From: Nemertoderma westbladi
Taxonomy: Eukaryota > Animalia > Xenacoelomorpha
NCBI GenBank assembly: GCA_032718475.1
Contig: JAUCBJ010007863.1
Location: 1 to 64,000 of the forward strand
Length of the DNA: 64,000 bases
Direction of reading: 5' to 3'
Shown here in pieces: positions 38,382-52,009 of the stretch. Position 1 is the stretch's first letter. Each line of letters opens with the position of its first letter. Position numbers and translations under genes: made by a program. The notes under the pieces were generated by a model. The model did no database searches, had not been told where the DNA came from, and saw only the letters and a list, made by a program, of their open reading frames with translations.

Positions 38382-38709
38382 TTTATTAATTATTTACTAT
38401 TTATACTGTAATTACGTTTTATAATAAATTGTTCTGTACATTACATCTTTATCGTTGAGTCGGGCATTGTCACGCTCTCGGTAAAGTTGTACATGTACAT
38501 AGTGTAATTACGTTTTATATTGGTTTTAGGTTAGCGTAGTGTAATATTGTATTTGTAACCAAGTAACATAAAGGACCCCCTTGGAAATAAGCTGCAAAGC
38601 TTTAGGGGTAATCCTATATGTTATGTTGGACAATACCTTTATACCGGTACATTGTTTGGTGTATTTGTTATTGTTTTTACATAATGTATAAATAAATCTA
38701 TCTATCTAT

Positions 38710-40018
38710 CCTTTATAAACTAACGTATATAAGGTGTTTCCTTTATAAACTAACGTATAGAAGGTGTTTCCTTCATAAACTAACGTATAGAAGGTGTTTC
38801 CTTGTTAAACTAACGTATAGAAGGTGTTTCCTTTATAAACTAACGTATAGAAGGTGTTTCCTTTATAAACTAACGTATAGAAGGTGTTTCCTTTATAAAC
38901 TAACGTATAGAAGGTGTTTCCTTTATAAACTAACGTATAGAAAGTGTTTCCTTTATAAACTAACGTATAGAAGGTGTTTCCTTTATAAACTAAAGTATAG
39001 AAGGTGTTTCCTTTATAAACTAACGTATAGAAGGTGTTTCCTTTATAAACTAACGTGTAGAAGGTGTTTCCTTTATAAACTAACGTATAGAAAGTGTTTC
39101 CTTTATAAACTAACGTATAGAAGGTGTTTCCTTTATAAACTAAAGTATAGAAGGTGTTTCCTTTATAAACTAACGTATAGAAGGTGTTTCCTTTATAAAC
39201 TAACGTATAGAAGGTGTTTCCTTTATAAACTAACGTATAGAAAGTGTTTCCTTTATAAACTAACGTATAGAAGGTGTTTCCTTTATAAACTAAAGTATAG
39301 AAGGTGTTTCCTTTATAAACTAACGTATAGAAGGTGTTTCCTTTATAAACTAACGTATAGAAGGTGTTTCCTTTATAAACTAACGTATAGAAGGTGTTTC
39401 CTTTATAAACTAACGTATAGAAGGTGTTTCCTTTATAAACTAACGTATAGAAAGTGTTTCCTTTATAAACTAACGTATAGAAGGTGTTTCCTTTATAAAC
39501 TAAAGTATAGAAGGTGTTTCCTTTATAAACTAACGTATATAAGGTGTTTCCTTTATACACTAACGTATAGAAGGTGTTTCCTTTATAAACTAACGTGTAG
39601 AAGGTGTTTCCTTTATAAACTAACGTATAGAAGGTGTTTCCTTTATAAACTAACGTATATAAGGTGTTTCCTTTATAAATTAACGTATAGAAGGTGTTTC
39701 CTTTATAAACTAACGTATAGAAAGTGTTTCCTTTATAAACTAACGTATAGAAAGTGTTTCCTTTATAAACTAACGTATAGAAGGTGTTTCCTTTATAAAC
39801 TAACGTATAGAAGGTGTTTCCTTTATAAACTAACGTATATAAGGTGTTCCCTTTATAAACTAACGTATAGAAGGTGTTTCCTTTATAAACTAACGTATAG
39901 AAAGTGTTTCCTTTATAGACTAACGTATAGAAGGTGTTTCCTTTATAAACTAACGTGTAGAAGGTGTTTCCTTTATAAACTAACGTGTAGAAGGTGTTTC
40001 CTTTATAAACTAACGTAT
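38710..40018 (+). repeat. 30-bp satellite array 3
   Basis: About 43 tandem units. Confidence 0.99.
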
Positions 40019-40148
40019 TATAGAATTATATTCTCTAAATGCCGTGGATTTTCAAAATTTTATTTTATTCGAATTAACTTTGTTATAAAGATTACATTAA
40101 GTCCTCATTTGTATTTACTATATCTATTTGTACGATGATTATTCAAGT

Positions 40149-40223
40149 GGTTCAGTAGCTCAGTCGGTAAAGCGTTGGAAATTATATGTAGTAGGTATTG
40201 AGTTCGAATCCTAGTAGGTGCGA
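40149..40223 (+). ncRNA. tRNA-like sequence in U3 with Pol III A and B boxes followed by a T-run; not a canonical tRNA
   Basis: A box TAGCTCAGTCGGTAAAGCG, B box GAGTTCGAATCC, TTTTTT just downstream; acceptor and anticodon stems pair poorly. Confidence 0.65.
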
Positions 40224-40301
40224 ATTATTTTTTGTGCAGAATTTCAACTCATTTAAATTAACCGCTACAAATTAAATTGCATTTGCCTGTACCTAGATTA
40301 A

Positions 40302-40480
40302 CCAATGGGACTGTAGTTATTAGATAGTAACCAATGTCGTGCAAGTTATATATTCACTGGACCAATAGTTATCTTTAAAAACCTATTAGAACTCATAGAA
40401 CAATCGAGAATTTTCTCGATTGATTGCAGCACAAATTTGCTATAAAAGGTCCGATTTCGTTCATTAGTTAACACAGTTGC
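40302..40480 (+). promoter_or_regulatory. Candidate Pol II promoter 1 in the LTR: three CCAAT boxes (40302, 40331, 40362) and TATAAAAG (40441)
   Basis: Motifs spaced about 30 bp apart, with Inr-like sequence downstream of the TATA box. Confidence 0.55.
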
Positions 40481-41646
40481 AGACCGTTATTCTCACTTAC
40501 ATCCATTAGTTATTTCAGATTACATTGTATACATTATTATAATTGTTGGTTATCTGTAATAAAGTCAGAATTATCGCTATATCTGCCCTTTTTCTATCAT
40601 GTTTTACCACGGTGAACTTAACTGAGGGACAGGATGGCAGGCTAAACATCGGGCCACAGCAATGAACGGGAACATCTGAGGAATGTAGACAGGAGACAAC
40701 CCGCAATATCATTCTTAGTTATTCGCCCATCGCCTGAAAGGTTAGACAGCATTCAATGCCTTGCTATCTAAGTGTAAGACCAAAGATCGAAGGTAGAGGT
40801 AGTGACACGCTGTGCGCCAAAAATTACATCTAGGGACCGTACTGTCTTAATTCAGAGAAAACCCACAGTAGACCTTCATATACCTACGGGGGGAGAGGAG
40901 AGGAGCTCAGGCAGAGATACTAGTACACAGATAGGACGCAGGCACACAGGTACAAGGCATACACATTGGTAGGGTGCAGCAAACTGTATGCCTAACTCTT
41001 GCTAAGTACAGGTGCGTCTGTGACTGTTTGTAGTACAACGGTGTCCATTGCATTAGAACTTGTAGGCCAGAAGGGTTACTGTGTTTTTACCTGAAATAGG
41101 ATTGTACCGTTCAGGCGGTAGGGCAGTTTACAACTAGGCACAAATAAATTGAGGCTATTTAGGGATACTAACATCTACCGTGTCCCCGCCAACATTCTGT
41201 TAGGAAGTTGCTGTGCCCATCTAAGCAACTAAAATTCTAGATAAGAACACCAGGCTAGCTATTAGTACCTGTACGCCTACTGTAGTAAACTAACACATTT
41301 CTTCTTAGTATTAGGGACCTGGTAAATTAAGTTGCCGAATTCTGGGCGTAGTATTAACCTTATGCCTGAATTTGAGTCCTGGAAATACACAAAAGGGGGA
41401 GGAGCCTTATCATTCGTGAGTATTGGACCTACAAGTTATAAAATTAGAACATTTGCAAAATGTACACCGGACCCAGTAATTATATATATGAAGGAGCAAA
41501 ACTGACTTTGACTGTTTAGAACAAAGACACACGCGCGTTAGAAATTATTTACACCTCAAAATATATAAAATAATTTTTGTCCATACTGTGCTTTGCCCGC
41601 TAGTTAGACCTTTCTGCACCTAGCTAGTGTCTCTTTCGCCCAACCA

Positions 41647-41700
41647 TATAAATCACACCGCGGCAAAGTATACGAGCGCCCTTAGTCCGTCAGTGAGTCA
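41647..41700 (+). promoter_or_regulatory. Candidate Pol II promoter 2 in the LTR: TATAAAT with TTAGT/TCAGT initiators
   Basis: TATAAAT at 41647, TCAGT at 41690, about 225 bp before the LTR end. Confidence 0.5.
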
Positions 41701-41914
41701 GCCTGATTTAGGATTCGCTGCGTGGGATTTTGTTTTATCGAAGTTTGTCCGTTCGTAGACTGTTTTCTGCCTCACCGGTTATAAGAGACCGATACTGCAA
41801 TATATTTTCGCTTACTTGGAGTTTACTGTTTTGGTGAGAAGGTCGGATTAAGATTTGATTCACAAACTTTACAGTAGGATATTGCAGGGTATTTTGTTAC
41901 TGTCTCTTCGAATA

Positions 41915-41925
41915 GTAGGAATATG
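41915..41925 (+). other. Non-tRNA primer-binding-site candidate GTAGGAATATG
   Basis: Directly follows the 5' LTR; no TGG; exact complement at 62813-62823, one mismatch at 40877-40887. Confidence 0.55.
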
Positions 41926-42734
41926 TTTTACTGAACTACGGTTCGGTAGGACTAAAGTTATTTGAAAAATTTTTTTTTGTATTTTGAGGTAAAAGTTTAT
42001 ATTTGATTAGCTAAGTGCTAATTTTTTGAAATAAAAATTTGATTTGAACCGCGTGTAAAATATTTTGGAATTGAATACCGGTGTTTAAAAAGGGTTTAAA
42101 TACCATATTATACCGGTACAAAATTTTCGTAAAAGTAAAACCAAACTCTTTTGTTTTTCAGGATTCAGACCTCATTTCTAGACTGTAACGGGAGCAAGAC
42201 CGTGTTTCACGAGTTTGGGAGATAGATAACCCAACAACTTTGGTTGGGAAAAAATCGCACTTCGTCCGCAACGCTGGAAACGGAAAGGTTCACATCCGGT
42301 TTGTATCTGGGAATCTGTTTTTCTGGAGAATTATTGGAGTGGGTGAGTTTGAAAAGTTGCATTAATCAGTTAGGCATTACCGTATTAATTAAAATTATTG
42401 TGGGTTCCACTGTCTCAAGTATTTATGAATTCCGTACGATTTCTTTGTTTATTGCTGAATTAGTCCGTAATTATTTGTGTTTGACTTATATTTTGATAAC
42501 GTATATCGTTATCCGATTTATTTGTTATAAAATTGGCCGTTAGGCTAATTTTATTATATACTTATACCGTAACATTTATTTGCTGTAAAATTGGCCGTTT
42601 AGGCTAATTTTATCCATTTGCTATAAAATCGGCCGGTAGGCTAATTTTATATGACTGTAATTAGTACTGTTTAGATATAAATACGGTAAATTCGATACTT
42701 TGACACTCACTTTACTTGACTTACAACTACTGAA

Positions 42735-45700
42735 ATGAGTGACAAACAAGACTATACGAAGAATACACCTACCGACTATGACTCATGTGACGCGGATAAG
42801 TCAGCAACGGAAGAACTACAGGGGAAGACTCGCGAGCCTACCGAACCTACACCGTGTGCGTCACCAGTACATCCAACGGGAGTACCGGATGCCGTAGTAC
42901 GAGGTGACGGCAGGACCGAGGACTTTCTAACTGTTCCGCAACCTAGATACAGGGAAACGGACATGGTAAGTTCAGTAGGAAGCCAGGAAAGCGTTGTTAG
43001 AAGCGTCGGAGGATACATGGCGCATATTACCAGGAGTATTGGAGAAGGTCAACGCATATTAGACGAGTTGACCGCTCCGATGTCCCGATTCGAGTTCTAC
43101 ACTCTACAGGTAAGAGTACAAAGTAGAGTACATAAGTCCGTAGATAACCTAGTCAGTCTACAAGATCTAGCTAGACAAAGACAGGATGCGGACACACAAT
43201 TCAGAATCCTCGAGAAATTAACAATCGCTAGAGAGAAACTGATTCAGTTTAAGACGACCGTTAGACAGATACAACAGGAGCAAGCGGACCAGTTATTAGG
43301 TGAGTCGGTTTCCGACGAGTTGTTACAGCCCGAGGAAGAACAGCTAACTGTACCAACTGGATGGACAATTGAAACACCTGACGGATCACTTACGCATGTG
43401 CGGCGAGGACGTCGGAAATTGGGAAACCGTGCCGGAAGCTACGAGGGAAACTTCACTCGCACAAATCGAGCTGGCACCAGGAATACTGGATCAATCGTTG
43501 GTAAGTATTCGTAGCGAAATTGGCGAAGGAAGTATGGTCACGTCAGAAGTTGCTCGACAACAGCAACAGTTCTACAGACAGCAACACGAAATGGAAGAAC
43601 AAACTCAACTGCTAATGATACAAGCAGCGTTAGAGGAAGAGAAAATACGTATTGCGAATGTAGCGAGAATCTCTCATCTGCAGGAACAAGCTGAACTAGA
43701 AGCAGCCGAAATGGAAAGGTTAGAGTTGGACATTGCCCAACAAGCGGTGGCAGCCGAGTTAGCGCAACGAACGGCAGCAGCCGAGTTAGAGCGACAAACG
43801 GCAGCGGCAGCAGCCGAGTTAGAGCGACAAACGGCAGCGGCAGCGGCAGCGTCAGAGTTAGAGCGACAAACGGCAGCGGCGGAGTTAGAGAGAAAAAGGT
43901 TAGTTTCAGAAGCCAGAGTCGAGATGAAGCCACGGCAAATAAAGGCTCAATCAGCTATACGACAAGCGGAGTTCGAGGCGCAACAACAACAAACGGAACA
44001 ACGAGAGAAGGAAGTTAAACTTCGTTTCGAACTCGAGAAGAAGGCGAGAGAATTAGCCAACGCCAAGGAAGATCTGGATCTTAAGGCCCGCGATAGATCG
44101 ATGAGATCTCGAGACGGACACGATTTGGACCAGATAGAGGTAAGGCACCGCCAAATTCAGGAACGAATGAAGGAAGGCTCGATAGGAGCACCTGGACGAG
44201 AACGACAATTAGTTAAAGACTTATGTCAACGATTCCCTCAAGTAACTCCTATGTTTGCACCGATTACGACTAAGGAACCTGTTTCGATTGCTGGTAGTAG
44301 TAATATTTCTCCTATCCATGGTGCGACGGAATACACCAACACAGAAAGCGTTACAACCAACAGACGCGATTAGTACGCAACAATTCGCCGATCTAATGCG
44401 ACCAGTTGTAGACAAGTTGGCCCAGATAGAGGAACGTTTAGAGGAAACTCAAACTGATAGTTCGCGAGGTACCGAGTTCGAACACTCTAGACACCCGAAG
44501 CAGCAAAGAAAACAACCCTCGAGAAACACCTCGTATCAAAGAAAAGCGCCAAGACGAGAGAACATCAACTCGATTGCCAACCAAGGACGCGAAACTTTGA
44601 ACGTGGCCGAGGAGATAGCGAAATTCGCAGCCAGACAAGGACTACCGGTGCAACAACCACCTAAGTTTTCCGGTAACTCTAAACATTGGCACACTTTCGT
44701 GGACTACATCGAAACACAAATAGCAGCGTGCGCCTTTTCATCAAGGGAAAAGTTCAACTACCTGCTACAAACGCTGACGGGAGAACCGAAACGTCTAGCG
44801 GAGACCTTTGTCGGTGTACCAGATGCCTTCGAACTAGCGTACGATCGCTTAACTTCGATTTTACGGAGGCACCGTAAGTATGGCTAAGTCAGTGATAGAA
44901 GAACTCTGTAAAGGGGGGGCTATAACAAAACCCGTTGACTTACTGAAATTAGCTGACGAGATTAAGAACGCCATTACTACACTACGCTCGATTGGACAAC
45001 TTGACTACGCGAACACTCCGACAGTCCTATTGAAAATAATAGGAAGATTACACCATCGACTTCGTCGGGAGTGGCGAAAGATAGAATATCAGCGAGAAGA
45101 GAGAGGCGGATTCTTGAAGTTGGAAGACGTCTACTTACTGATATCCAGAGAGGCAGTAGTCGAGACGCGTTCGAACTACACGGACCAACATATCGTAGCA
45201 GAAGGAATCACCTTACCATCCTCGAACCGACAAAAACCCCAAACAACATCCACCAAGACGGCCACTTACGCCACATCGACAGAAACCCGACAATTTTCAG
45301 ACGGTAATAGAGTATCCGCACCCATTGGAACCAAACAGACCCGACAGCAACTGAGCACAGACTTTAGCGGTTGCCAATACTGCGAGCAGCTAGGCAAGCG
45401 ACACACCACTCATAAGTTAAGAGGTTATCGGTTATTTCGCGAGTTAAACTCGGAAGAACGACGGCTGCAGATACGGCCATTGGACTCTTGTTGGCGGTGT
45501 ACGCAACACGGACATGTTCGCAAGGACTGCCCAAATACGGACACCTGTCCTTCCTGTGGACGCAACCACGACGGCTTGCTCCATACAGACAGCCATACGC
45601 CGACCAAACGCTTCACTAGGGAACACCCGGAAGCAGCAGCGAAATGTAATACGGCCTACAAGAATCGTGAATCGAGAACGACTCCAACTTTCGTGACGCA

Positions 45701-48700
45701 TATTCGGGATTGTTTTCCGGAGCAGTCCGGGTCTTCTGACGAAGAAACCGAGGACGATGACGCGTACTCAGTCGGAGACGAACAACCATCGATCGCGCTT
45801 CTGACGACTGACCAACTAAAAGGTTTCAGCGTAATTCCTATTAAGATTACTGGCACCAAAGGGAGCAAAAGGATCTACGCTATCCTGGATTCAGCCTCAT
45901 CTCATAGCTATGTGGATGAGAAGGTAGCTGATGTCGTGACGGATCTCCGACAAGGTAAGAACGTCAGTTACACCGTAAGTAGTATGCATGGACAACGTGC
46001 AATACCAGTGACACGAGTTAAGTTAAACTTAGACACTCTTCTTCCGAAATCGCAACACAGCGAAAAAGAGAGGTCTTTGTTACCCTTCAAGGATTTGACT
46101 TTTGCGGCCACCAAGGACTTTAGTAACCTACTGGGTCCAGTGCCGGAACAATCCTTAGAGGATCGTAAGTATTTCAGACACCTTGGTGTACCTGAATGTC
46201 CTGTCAATTATAGATCGGTAGCAATGCTGATCGAGACAGATCAATTCAATCTACATCAAGTGTGGGAAACCAGACCATCGGTAGTCGTAGCAGGAAATGC
46301 ATACGCCTGTAGAACGCCGATAGGTTGGTTTACTCGAGCGCCTGTGCGCACACTAGATATAAGTGACGAAGAGGATGATGTACAAAGTACATGTAGTTTA
46401 TTAACTACAACTTCGATTCATTCCTTTTCACCTGACATAGACTATACTACACTACGTTTGACAAAACACGACAACGTGACAAGTACGACATGTGTAGCAA
46501 ATACGGTAAGTCATAGAAAGCAGCGCCACAACATTAGTATAGAGTGTGAGAAGAAGACGAGTCAGGCAGAGGTTCCATCGACGACAGATGATAACGCCGG
46601 AAGGCTTGCAAGTCTACCTCAACCAATAACGTTAACGATGCCCGTCGATGTCGATGTCGACACATTAAAGAATTATCAAGTGGAACAAGCTGCACAAGAC
46701 AAAGAATTAACAGAGAAGACTATCAGGTGGTTAGAACAAGATACAGCCGAACCTGGTAGCTACGAACCATGTATGTCGGAACAAGAGAAACAATCTTTAA
46801 AGATCATGGAAGATACTATCCGCCAGATGAAAGACGGACATTTTGAGGTAGGGATGTTATGGCGTAGCCAAAGTCCTAAACTTATTAATAATTATCCGCT
46901 AGCTTTAAGACGCTTAAACTCAATACGACAACGTCTATTAAAGGACGATAAAGCCCATCTGCAGTATAATACCCAGATGGAGACGTATTTGACCAAAGGA
47001 TACGCTATCCGAATGACTAACCCAGAGATTGTGACAGACCAGACATACTATTTGCCACATCACCACGTGAGACACCCCGACAAACCTGATAAAGTACGCG
47101 TAGTTAATGACTGCGCGGCCCTGTTTGAAGGAATGTCTCTCAACAGTGAGTTGATGGACGGACCAAACATGAATAATTATCTCATGGGGGTGATTATGCG
47201 CTTCCGTCAGCATCAAGTAGCCTTTACTTGTGACGTCGAAGCTATGTTTCACCAAGTGCGAGCGTTAGAGCGAGACAGAGACAGTTTGAGGTTCCTCTGG
47301 TACCCGGAAGGAGACTTAAGTCTACCACCGGCGACTTACCAAATGCAAGTTCGCGTTTTTGGTGCCAGGGACAGCCCAAATTGTACTATGTACGCCCTAA
47401 AGCAGACCACTAGGGACCAGAAACATATGTATGACCCAGAGGTAATCCAAATCGTAGAACGAGACTTTTACGTAGACGATGGATTACAAAGTTGTAACAC
47501 AGTAGAACGTGCTATCACAGTAGCACATCAATTACGGGACTGCTTAGCGGGCGGAGGTTTTAACCTCACCAAATTCGCCTCAAACAGTGCCGAATTGGTA
47601 GATTCATTCGGAACGACTGAGCGTGGAGGTGGTGACATTGACCTGGAGTTCGAACCACTACCGACGACAAAGGTGTTGGGGCTCTTTTGGGACCCAAACA
47701 CGGACAACTTTCGAGTGAAGGTGAGACTGGACACTCAAGGAAACACTCTGACTAAGAGATCTTGCTTGTCTAAATTGAGTCGATTGTTCGATCCATTAGG
47801 TTTCATCAGCCCAATAATACTGCAAGCCAGAATTTATATGCGCAGTATTTGGAAAGATGGACTGACATGGGACGAGCCGATCTCATCAGAACAAGTGGAC
47901 TTATGGAAAACCTGGGAGGCACAATTATCTTCGCTAGAGGATTATTCCATACCCCGAGTATACTTTCCATTACAAACGACATTTCCTGACAACTTAGAAT
48001 TACATTGTTTTTCCGACGCCAGTGACAACGGCTTTGGTGTGACAGCGTCTTTGCGCAGACAAGTAAATTCAGACGAGTTTGATGTTTCGTTCATTACTTC
48101 TAAAGCAAAAACAATGCCTACTAAGTATATGATGACACCACGCGCTGAACTACAAGCCGCAACTCTGTCAACTACCATTGTAAACCTCATACAGACTGAA
48201 CTACAGTCAAGTTTACAGATATTTTATTAGACTGACGCGACGTTAGTTTTATTCTATATAAACAACGACACACTTGAATTCAAGACATTCGTAGCTAACC
48301 GTCGTGCAGAAATTCTAGACCGTTCAATAAAGGAAGATTGGCGACATTGTCCCGGACCACAAAATCCAGCTGATATTGCGTCGCGAGGAATGATGCCTGA
48401 GGAATTCTGTAAACCGGAGAACAAAGAATTTTGGCAACACGGACCACAATTCTTACAAAGATCAGTACAACATTGGCCGCCACTATACGACAACAAGTCT
48501 AACACTATCCCTAAAGACGCCGAAATTAAAAAACCAAAGAAAGGGAAAGCAAAGAAAAGGACGGCGGCTAAACTCAAGAAAAAACCGAAGGCGAAATGGA
48601 AAGATATAACTTCCAAAGTCAAGAACGGAAGACTTGCGAGCCTTTCTACACCAGACATATCGCCAGACGGTCAACCAGACGCGTTACTAGACGGTCAACC

Positions 48701-50952
48701 AGACGTTTTGCCAGACATGTCACTAGATATTTCGCCGGATGTTCCGCGAAACATTTTACCAGACATATCACAAAATGTTCTACCAGACACTAGTAACATA
48801 TTGACAAATAGTAAAGCTGCAGTTTCTCTATTGGAGCGGCCTTCTATTGACAAACAACCAGACGCGTTACTAGACGGTCAACCAGACGTTTTGCCAGACA
48901 TGTCACTAGATATTTCGCCGGATGTTCCGCGAAACATTTTACCAGACATGTCACAAAATGTTCTACCAGACAAATTTGACATATTGACAAATATTGACAA
49001 ATAGTAAAGCCGCAGTTTCTCTATTGGAGCGGCCTTGTATTGACAAACTACCAAATTTGACACCCTTGAGTAACCATAAGCACAGTGAAACCTCATGTAT
49101 TACAGATGTGGGTAGTACCTACATAAATGTAAATACAGGTGTTACTTTGCGCTCAAGAGACATACCAAACTTGCAACCTATGGTGAGACCTGGGATTAAT
49201 ATCGGCAGAAAAAAAAAGTTTACCGAAACCCAGTGACCCCATAGAGTTCAAACCACCATTAACGATCGACTTACAAAGTACTGACAATCAAGGTAAGAAA
49301 ACAAAGAAGGACAAATTACTTGTAGACCAAGACGGATCAACAGTCAACAAGGGAATACCTACCGGCGGACCCGTGGGCCCTTCTAGTAAATCAAAACCTT
49401 CCAAATTCTCCATTGACTTACCTGATGACGTCACAAATACTTACGTCGACCGCATTGTAAACCTAACAGATTGTTGGACAAACGCTTGCCGAAAATTAGC
49501 GTGGATTGTACGTTTTGTACAATACGTTAAAGGCAAACGCAACTTTACACGTCGACTTACATTGACTGAGATTGACAGGTGTGAAATTAAATTAATTCGC
49601 CATTACCAACTGCGATATTTCGCACGCGAATTCACATCTATAAGTCAAGGTCAACCAATCAAGTCGTCACCAATATTGAGTTGGAGTCCGATAATTTATA
49701 ATGGCTTAGTTTGTCATAAATCTCGGCTTCAAAACATTGACTTTAACACAAACTTTAGATACCCAATAATAATACCGCAGCATCACGAATTACAACGTGC
49801 AATGATACTGGACGCACATTTACATCTGAAACACGCTGGAAGACACCACTGTCTTTCCTACTTACGTACAAGATTTGTATTAATTAGACCCAGTAAAGCG
49901 TTAAGTTCAGTGACACGTACGTGTATTATTTGTAAAAAGGTACACTCTAGAATAGGCACTCAAGAAATGAGTGAACTTCCACAAGCACGACTTCAAGCAG
50001 TCAGACCACCTTTTACAGAGACTGGAATTGATTGCTTTGGTCCCATACATACGAAACGTGGACGTATACTAGTAAAACGCTGGGGACTGATTTTCACATG
50101 TATGTCCAGTAGGGCAGTTCATATTGAACGTGTGATGGATCTTTCCACCAACGCCTTTATACTAGCATTGCGGCGATTTATCGCTAGACGCGGACTAGTG
50201 AAATGCTTGTACTCAGACCAAGGTACAAACTTTGTTGGTGCTCGAAATGAAATTGCTAGAGCCTTTAAGAAATTAGATCATGACCAAATCTCAAACGAAC
50301 TACGTCCTTACAAGATTGTTTGGAAGTTTAATCCTCCAGATAGTCCATGGAGAGGAGGAGTCTGGGAGAGATTGATTAGATCTATAAAAACAGCCATGGC
50401 AAAAGTCATTCCAGTAAACCACATCTTGACAGACGACCAACTGACAACATTGTTTGTTGAAATCGAGGCAATACTAAATACTAGACCAATAGTATTAGTA
50501 CCCGATGACAAACAATCCCAGTTTGCTTTAACACCGGCACACCTGCTTATGCAGGCACCGACTACTTTGACGCCTATTTCTTTTCCAATGGAAGGCGATA
50601 GCTACGGTAGAAAAGCGTGAAAATCACCCAACTACTGGCTAACAAATTCTGGGAAATATGGCAAAACCATTATTTGCCCTCTATTTCTGCCAGAACTAAT
50701 TGGTACAACAATACTCGCGCTTTAAAGCCGGGAGATCATGTGCTGTTAGCGGAAGTGAATCTAAAAAGACGCTTCTGGATACCAGGTGTAATTTTAGCCA
50801 CACATCCATCTATGGATGGAATGACAAGAACCGTAACGGTACGGACAATTGACGGTCGTACAGTTGACAGACCGACTCAACGTCTCGTACTTCTTGAAGA
50901 GACTCGAAACGAGTCTGGAGACTACAAATCTCCAACTAATGTTAGTAAATAA
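42735..50952 (+). pseudogene. gag-pol: BEL/Pao gag-pol polyprotein (Gag, knuckles, protease, RT, RNase H, long linker, integrase) with several frameshifts and stops
   Basis: PKFSGN, CWRC..H..C, AILDSAS, KVRVVNDCAA, DVEAMFHQV, FYVDD, HCFSDAS, PRAELQAA, FY*TD, GIDCFGP, SDQGTNF, GGVWERLI. Confidence 0.95.
48672..49048 (+). repeat. Tandem duplication of ~185 bp in the RNase H-integrase linker (PD-rich peptide)
   Basis: QPDALLDGQPDVLPDMSLDISPDVPRNILPD occurs twice. Confidence 0.9.
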
Positions 50953-52009
50953 TAAGGAGTTTACAAATAGATTTCCACGTACCTGTACACTGTAGTAAAG
51001 ACAGCGGTAGAATTCCATTGTCTTTATATGTGAACATTGAGGGTAGTACCCTTATGTGTCACATAGGAGCGGGATTTGTAGGTATAAGAAATGGAATTCT
51101 ACTTGGAACTCACAATATTGAGACATTTTCGAAATTTTAGACAATCCATTTAGATTTGAAAAAATTTTAAAATTTTCTCCAGTGAATAGATTTCAGGGTA
51201 CAGTCGGGTGGAACTTAAAATTAGAGAAACAAGAGAGGAAGACTTGCGAGCCTTTCTTAAAATTTAATTAAATTTTACACGGTCTTGTTTCAATAAGTTA
51301 CGTCAATAAATAGACTTCCCTATATTTATTACTAATTCTGGAATGCTTATTTTCTGATAATAGTTTGGGATCAAAAAGTGAGTATTTTAGACTCACAGCC
51401 AGTTTAGCCCAAAATCGTTTTTTATTTCGGCAAAAATTTAAATAAGAAACAGTGTGTCACTAAAGAAACCCTGGATCTTAGGCTATGGGTAGGAGGTTAG
51501 AGCGTTGTCGAGCCAAAAGGGCAGACGAAAACTCTCATGTCTCCTCACAACTAACTACAAACTCTGTTGTATTCCCTCTAGTAGTAATGATTATGTAACT
51601 ACACCTCTAATTATGGAGAAGGAGATACATGGAGAGCCGAGATGGGGATATGATATCCAAGAGGAAGCAGCAGCGCCATTCGAGAGATTTGGAGCCAAAG
51701 ACTACACTATATTTGGTATAAAGGAATTATCAGAAAGTACAGCAAAACTCGCGAGAACGAAATATGACTCGAACGTATTAAAGAGGAGGCAAAATGCGTT
51801 AAATGAAAGAATCGAAAGTTTGCGCAAAACCTTCAATGAACTTTACCCGTACGACGCTTTGTGTGATACGGGAGACATTAGCAAAGACCCCGATACTGAA
51901 ATTAGTCGTTTGTATCATACCATGCAATACCTGAAGGCGCACGAACCTATGCCTGCGGTACGAGATGAATTTGATGGAATGCATCTTTACAGACGAACTC
52001 GAGGGGACG

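Larger units (their letters stand above)
32940..38709 (+). mobile_element. CR1/L2-group non-LTR retrotransposon, 5'-truncated at the start of ORF2, interrupted by a Penelope-like element; (TCTA)n tail; probable short TSD (T)CCTTT
   Basis: APE and RT domains; AATAAA followed by TCTATCTATCTATC at the 3' junction. Confidence 0.93.
40019..41914 (+). repeat. 5' LTR (1896 bp), termini TATAGAA...TTCGAATA
   Basis: Matches 57906-58050 plus 62101-63850. Confidence 0.96.

Noticed and set aside
40149-40223. Functional tRNA gene
   Set aside because: Acceptor and anticodon stems do not pair convincingly; kept only as tRNA-like.
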